DNA of 64,000 nucleotides from Eremomyces bilateralis CBS 781.70 (Eukaryota): the NCBI GenBank assembly GCA_010015585.1, contig ML975151.1, one strand, 5' to 3'. The notes beneath the pieces were generated by a model. The model was not told where the DNA came from. It saw only the letters and a program-made list of their open reading frames with translations, and did not search any database. Below, piece after piece: positions 61,740 through 64,000 of this stretch (position 1 is the stretch's first letter; each line of letters starts with the position of its first letter). Both the position numbers and the translations under genes were made by a program.

Positions 61740-64000
61740 ATGTCTTCTCAACATCGTCATCGGCTAGCCCATATTGCTCCAGCAGTCTCTCTATCCAACC
61801 CTACGGTATCGACGGCTACCCACAATTTAAACGGTCCCTTGCAGCCCCGCGAAGTCCCAAAGAAGACGAAAGGTCAAGCCGCGTGCGATCTGTGTCGCCA
61901 GAAGAAGGCAAGGGTCAGTGAACCACTCCCATCATACTGCCTTTAATGCCAGCTAAAACTTAGCCAACTGTTTATTTATGGTGATTCTTTTTACATTGGC
62001 TTTCTTGCTCAGGTTTAAGCTTTTAAACTTTTATGTCGTTTCATATCATTTCGAAGAGTCTTGGTTGCCTCCCAACATGCTGGCGAATACTCTGCAGAGA
62101 GTCCCGCTCACCCCTTGAAATAGTGCAATGGCGATAAAAATGGATGCGCGAACTGTGTCCAAAGACAAATTACCTGCACCTACCGATATCACGAGGGAAA
62201 GCGGCTATCAATCTCCCAGAAGGAGTTCGAACGTGTGCAATCCAAAGTCAACAATCTCGAGGCCTTGGTGGACATCCTTAAAACCGCCTCCTACGAAGAA
62301 GCATTACAACAACTTCAGGAGCTGCGTCGTGACACAACATCCGCCTCTGACCCTATCTCGACATCGATGGACTTGCCGATAGGTGTCTCCCTCCAGTCAT
62401 ACACGGATTCTGGAATCCATAATCTGGAAGCCAAGTCTTCCTCGTCAATTAGCTCTACTGACCTGGAAACATCTTTGTTCGAGTTGGAGTTGTACAGTAT
62501 TGAGAATCTTCCACCTCGATCTGTCATCGAGACCTCTATTGCCGGGTTCTATAGTAGTCTTTCCTCACTTTTCTATGTCATGGAGGAGCGAACCTGCCAG
62601 GCGATGATTGAGTATGTATTCGACGCAGGCTCGCCGATCTTCATTGCTGACCTGGGCGAGATCTGTGGGTTGGCTGCTCTGGGGGGAGGCTATGTGCCAG
62701 AACCGTTACCGCTAGTCATTCGGGAGAAGTTGATTCGCACGGCTCGGGTTCATAAAGACCAGAGCATCGAATCACACCCGATCCGTGGAATGCGAGCGTT
62801 CGCCCTGCAGGCACTCTACAACTTCTCGGAGAAGCGACTGGGTGTCCGCATGGATATCCAGTCAGGCTTAGCGTTGGCAAGATGGGTTGGCTGTGCGAAT
62901 GTGCATGGTCAAGCCACCGACAAGCTCAGTCCTGTCGAATATGCGGAGTATACACAGCTCTACTGCAGTCTCATTTGCCTCGAATCCTGGTTTTCTTCCA
63001 CTGTTGGTTATCCCTCCGAACTGACTCGGCACGAGATAGCCAGTGTTGATGTCGACTCCTGCGTGACAACCAGAGCAACCAATTTTCACGCGCAAATGGC
63101 CAGCATCGGGGTTTTGACTGCTGATGTGTACCGAGCTATGTATGTTGAAGAGCAGCCGAGATTCAGTGCGGTACAAGAACTTTATCGTCGCCTCGATGAA
63201 TGGCCCTCGTCCCTTCCGGAGACCAAAAGACTCGGCAACATGATCCATACACGGGATCCGGAAAACCCGGAGCAGGAAGATGTTACCCTCCTTTTCGTTC
63301 ATATGCTCTATCTCTCCAGCATGATTCTCGTTCATAAGCCGCTTCTTGTCGCTTTAGCTGACCGATCACCCCATTCCCGCGCGTCTCCCGTTAGTCCCGG
63401 CTCAGAGGCCTTCGGCGAATGCAGTGCCATCACCAGTCCTCGCCTCGATTTGACAGCCATGGACCAAACCGTTCTCAACGAAGCATACAACCGCGCGATC
63501 CTTGGTGCCCACCAGCTCGTCCGCGTAAACAATCTCTTGGCTTGGCAACGAACCCCTTTTCGCCACTTCTGGCTTTGCATGAGCCAAACATACTCTGCCT
63601 GCACCGTCCTGTTGCACGAAGCAGCGCAGACCATGTTGATCCTCGTCTCTTACAGCTCGGCGTCGAGCAATCTGTATGGCTTCGCAGCAGGGAAGTGGAA
63701 CCCAATCCTCGGGGACGTCACTTTAAATGTACAGGAGAAGTCCCGCTCCATTGACACGACCGATGTTACTAGTGGCATGACGGACGGCGTTCTCGCGCGT
63801 AACGCCCCAGACCAAAGAATCGATGATGCCCTCGAGCGTGCATTCGCATGTATCCAGGCGCTTGGTGAAGCGCGCGAGTCGGATCCGGGCCACGTAGCGG
63901 GATGCTACGTCGATTACGCGAAGCCGTTGCACGCAGAGCTTGTGCTGCTATGGCGCGACATCAAGCCTCCCACTAGAAATGGTGGTGGTGCAGAACAGAG
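61740..64000 (+). CDS. Zn2Cys6 transcription factor with fungal TF middle domain (intron 61914-62123; runs off window)
   Basis: ACDLCRQKKAR|CNGDKNGCANCVQRQITCTY; frame stays open to the window end (VHMLYLSSMILVHKP, FWLCMSQTYSAC). Confidence 0.88.

Overview
Gene-dense window from a filamentous ascomycete (Pezizomycotina-type) genome, judged from short GT-AG introns with CTRAY branch points, Zn2Cys6 factors and RIP-like decay. It holds about 25 protein genes and one tRNA-Gly(GCC). Housekeeping blocks are MFS transporter, SRP9/21, TeaC/Bud14, OXNAD1-like, MGMT, MAS2, PTM1, NCS2, then THO1-like, CSL4, MKT1 and CorA. Three accessory stretches interrupt them. (i) A Zn2Cys6 TF / HxE-type Fe(II)/2OG dioxygenase / atypical kinase trio sits next to a phenylalanine ammonia-lyase. 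(ii) A 2,021-bp DNA transposon (46012-48032), invisible in the ORF track, has bipartite TIRs and an exact 8-bp target-site duplication. It carries converging, RIP-damaged 5' fragments of a DUF6589/Academ-like transposase and a RecQ-type helicase, and looks like an internally deleted AcademH-like element inserted in the CSL4/MKT1 divergent promoter. (iii) An Mx-like dynamin and an orphan Zn-finger gene form a pair beside the tRNA. TeaC has a probable 894-nt stop-free in-frame intron. Exon boundaries were read by eye, and family calls come from motif recognition, not database searches.
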